Assembly (NCBI GenBank): GCA_047947135.1 | Contig: CP170457.1 | Coordinates: 720,027 to 784,026, forward strand | Direction: 5' to 3' | Length of the DNA stretch: 64,000 nt | Source of the DNA: Aestuariibacter sp. | GTDB taxonomy: Bacteria; Pseudomonadota; Gammaproteobacteria; Enterobacterales; Alteromonadaceae | Shown: in pieces, positions 62,189 through 64,000 of the stretch | Layout of the letters: every line of letters starts with the position of its first letter | Position numbering within the stretch: position 1 is the first letter of the stretch | Notes under the pieces: generated by a model | Told to the model about the DNA's origin: nothing | Databases searched by the model: none | The model's input: the letters and a program-made list of their open reading frames with translations, nothing else | Position numbers and translations under genes: made by a program

Positions 62189-62278
62189 TTCCATTAATTC
62201 TATTTTTCTAACCAATTCTTCTTGGCAGGATAGCCTTGTCCCTCGGACATTTGACCTTAACGAATCAGGAGACAAATC

Positions 62279-62899
62279 ATGTATACCCTTTATTTTTATC
62301 CGGACGCTTGTTCTTTGGCGACTCACACAGTGCTCAATATCATAAATCAGGAAGTTGACGTCATCCCCAAAACCGCCGTTGAAAACTATAAAACCATCCA
62401 TCCAAGTGGTTTAGTTCCTGCTCTAACATCAGGTGATCAGACTTACACCGAAGGTGTGTCGATATTGCTGTATCTCTTGGATAAGCATGAAAACGACTTG
62501 TTACCCAAAAAAGGACCAGCAAGGCAGAAGGTCATCGAACTCATGATGTTTGCCAATGCCACCATGCATCCGGCGTACGGTCGACTATTTTTCGTGACGG
62601 AACATGTCGCGGACAAGCATTTGAAGCAGGAATTGCTCAATATATCAGCTAGTAAAATCAATCAACTCTGGGATTGTGTAGAAAATCAAATCGACGACGG
62701 CCCATTTCTCACAGGTAACACAATGACACCTGCAGATATATTACTTGCCGTTTACTCTCGCTGGGGCCCCTATTTTCCGGTAGATATAAAGATTGGGCCC
62801 AAATCCAGGAAAATGATCCAGCAGGTTACGGATTCTGCCGCATTTACCTGTGCTCTGCAGAAGGAAAATGAAATGGTGGTTCAGTATGAACAAAAGTGA
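62279..62899 (+). CDS. Glutathione S-transferase.
   Basis: MYTLYFYPDACSLATHTVL...IHPSGLVPAL...EGVSILLYL shows the GST thioredoxin-fold motifs and a C-terminal helical domain. Confidence 0.85.
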   Translation: MYTLYFYPDACSLATHTVLNIINQEVDVIPKTAVENYKTIHPSGLVPALTSGDQTYTEGVSILLYLLDKHENDLLPKKGPARQKVIELMMFANATMHPAYGRLFFVTEHVADKHLKQELLNISASKINQLWDCVENQIDDGPFLTGNTMTPADILLAVYSRWGPYFPVDIKIGPKSRKMIQQVTDSAAFTCALQKENEMVVQYEQK

Positions 62900-63269
62900 T
62901 CAGCAAATGATTCAAGAAATTGTACAACACTATTTTGAGGGTCTGTATTTTGCTGATGTAAAGAAACTTAAGGCTATCTTTGCACCCGACTGTATCCTGA
63001 AAGCACCAGGTTTAAGAAGAGATTTGGAGAGCTGGTTTGAATTGATAGCCAGTCGCGCCGTGCCCGCACAAACAGACCAGCCGTTTGACTATCAGATCCT
63101 CTCTACAGATATTGCGCAGGAGCAGGCCATGGTCAAAGTACTCTGCCCAGTCCTAAGTGATATATATGTCGACTTTCTGGGCTTACTGAAAGAGCACAAC
63201 ACCTGGAAGATCGTCAACAAAATGTACGCACACGCAAATGAACCGGAGAATACACTATGCCATATGTAA
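62886..63269 (+). CDS. SnoaL-like/NTF2-fold small protein.
   Basis: MNKSDQQMIQEIVQHYFEGLYFADVKKLKAIF...WKIVNKMY. Its start overlaps the GST stop (ATGAACAAAAGTGA). Confidence 0.55.
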   Translation: MNKSDQQMIQEIVQHYFEGLYFADVKKLKAIFAPDCILKAPGLRRDLESWFELIASRAVPAQTDQPFDYQILSTDIAQEQAMVKVLCPVLSDIYVDFLGLLKEHNTWKIVNKMYAHANEPENTLCHM

Positions 63270-63475
63270 ATATTCAAATTACTAAAGAAGGCGGTCCCGG
63301 GGGATCGGGGGCCAGTGCTGAACAGAAAAAGCGTCTCATATCTGGCGTTACAATGTTGCTTAAAGAGGTGCTCGGCAAATCCCCGAATACCACTCATGTC
63401 GTGATTCAGGATATAGAGTTGGACAATTGGGGAGTAGGGGGATTACCTGTCCCGGAATTCCGTAATCAGAATTAA
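63257..63475 (+). CDS. 4-oxalocrotonate tautomerase-family enzyme.
   Basis: MPYVNIQITKEG carries the catalytic Pro1. 72-aa beta-alpha-beta fold. Confidence 0.8.
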   Translation: MPYVNIQITKEGGPGGSGASAEQKKRLISGVTMLLKEVLGKSPNTTHVVIQDIELDNWGVGGLPVPEFRNQN

Positions 63476-63505
63476 AAAAGGCGAGCCGGGAGGCTCGCCA
63501 AATTG
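63473..63505 (-). terminator. Rho-independent terminator for the minus-strand EamA gene.
   Basis: GGCGAGCC-ggga-GGCTCGCC followed by T6 on the minus strand. Confidence 0.55.
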
Positions 63506-63534
63506 TGTAGTTGCATGGTTGGCAACAAACACCC

Positions 63535-64000
63535 TTAAGCTCTTAGGGGAAGTTCGTCTGGTTCGGATTTCAGTATCGGACTTTCTTGTTCAGGTTCACG
63601 CAAATTCTTTTGCACTTTGGCAGGATACAGGATAGTGATATTGCCCAATACAATCAGCAGCATGCCGGTATAGACGTAGCCATTCCACTCAAATCCTTCC
63701 ACAAAAGTCGAGATAACGACAGCCACCGCAGGAAACAGAATCGTTGCATACGATGTTTTCTGGGCACCAATTCGGGTCAGCAAAGACAGATAGCAGCCAA
63801 ACGCGATAACAGAACCAAATACAGCAAGATACAACAATGAAATCAGATATTGTGGACGCCAGTCCATCACAAAAGGCTCGCCGCGCAGCAAAGTCACGAT
63901 AGCCATAATCAAAGCACCATAGCCCATTGCCCAGGCGTTACTTTGCACTATAGGTAACTTTTCCTGCTGATTGGCAATGGAGGTCATATTGCCGAATGAG
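63535..64000 (-). CDS. EamA/DMT-family transporter, C-terminal half. The 5' end continues beyond the window.
   Basis: 4-5 TM helices of an EamA repeat (ISLLYLAVFGSVIAFGCYLSLLTRIGAQKTSYATILFPAVAVVIS...). The frame is open to the window edge. Confidence 0.65.
   Translation of the reverse strand, partial: SFGNMTSIANQQEKLPIVQSNAWAMGYGALIMAIVTLLRGEPFVMDWRPQYLISLLYLAVFGSVIAFGCYLSLLTRIGAQKTSYATILFPAVAVVISTFVEGFEWNGYVYTGMLLIVLGNITILYPAKVQKNLREPEQESPILKSEPDELPLRA

Overview
This 64-kb window looks like a chromosomal segment of a marine gammaproteobacterium (Alteromonadales-like, roughly mid-40s % GC by eye). It is almost entirely protein-coding, with about 60 genes. I found no rRNA, tRNA, CRISPR, transposase or prophage signatures. 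Much of it is housekeeping with E. coli-like synteny blocks: selO; yigI-rarD next to recQ; uvrD; rraA; trxA-rhlB-gppA; hemB; ubiE-ubiJ-ubiB and tatABC-X-tatD; prlC and gor. There is a complete methylcitrate operon (GntR regulator-prpB-prpC-acnD-prpF), and a 3' block of small regulators and enzymes (VOC, MmyB-like, CadC-like-TPR, serine hydrolase, LysR, GST, tautomerase, EamA). Three c-di-GMP enzymes are present: a REC-REC-GGDEF, a 7TMR-DISM-GGDEF and a REC-GGDEF-EAL. The most unusual locus lies between gor and a dual-propeller sensor kinase. It is a co-directional trio: an NfeD/YqiJ-like membrane protein (30303-30953), a YqiK-type flotillin (30989-33013), and a 1709-aa soluble giant (33128-38257). 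The giant has a long coiled coil and a C-terminal MoxR/dynein-type (AAA_5-like) ATPase module. I cannot assign this trio to any described family or system from memory, so it is my candidate for an undescribed flotillin-associated ATPase machine. A second notable point is that recQ is interrupted by an in-frame TGA at the position of a conserved Arg codon. The downstream fragment begins with a GTG directly abutting that stop. All calls rest on reading the supplied six-frame translations and the nucleotide sequence by eye. No database search was possible.
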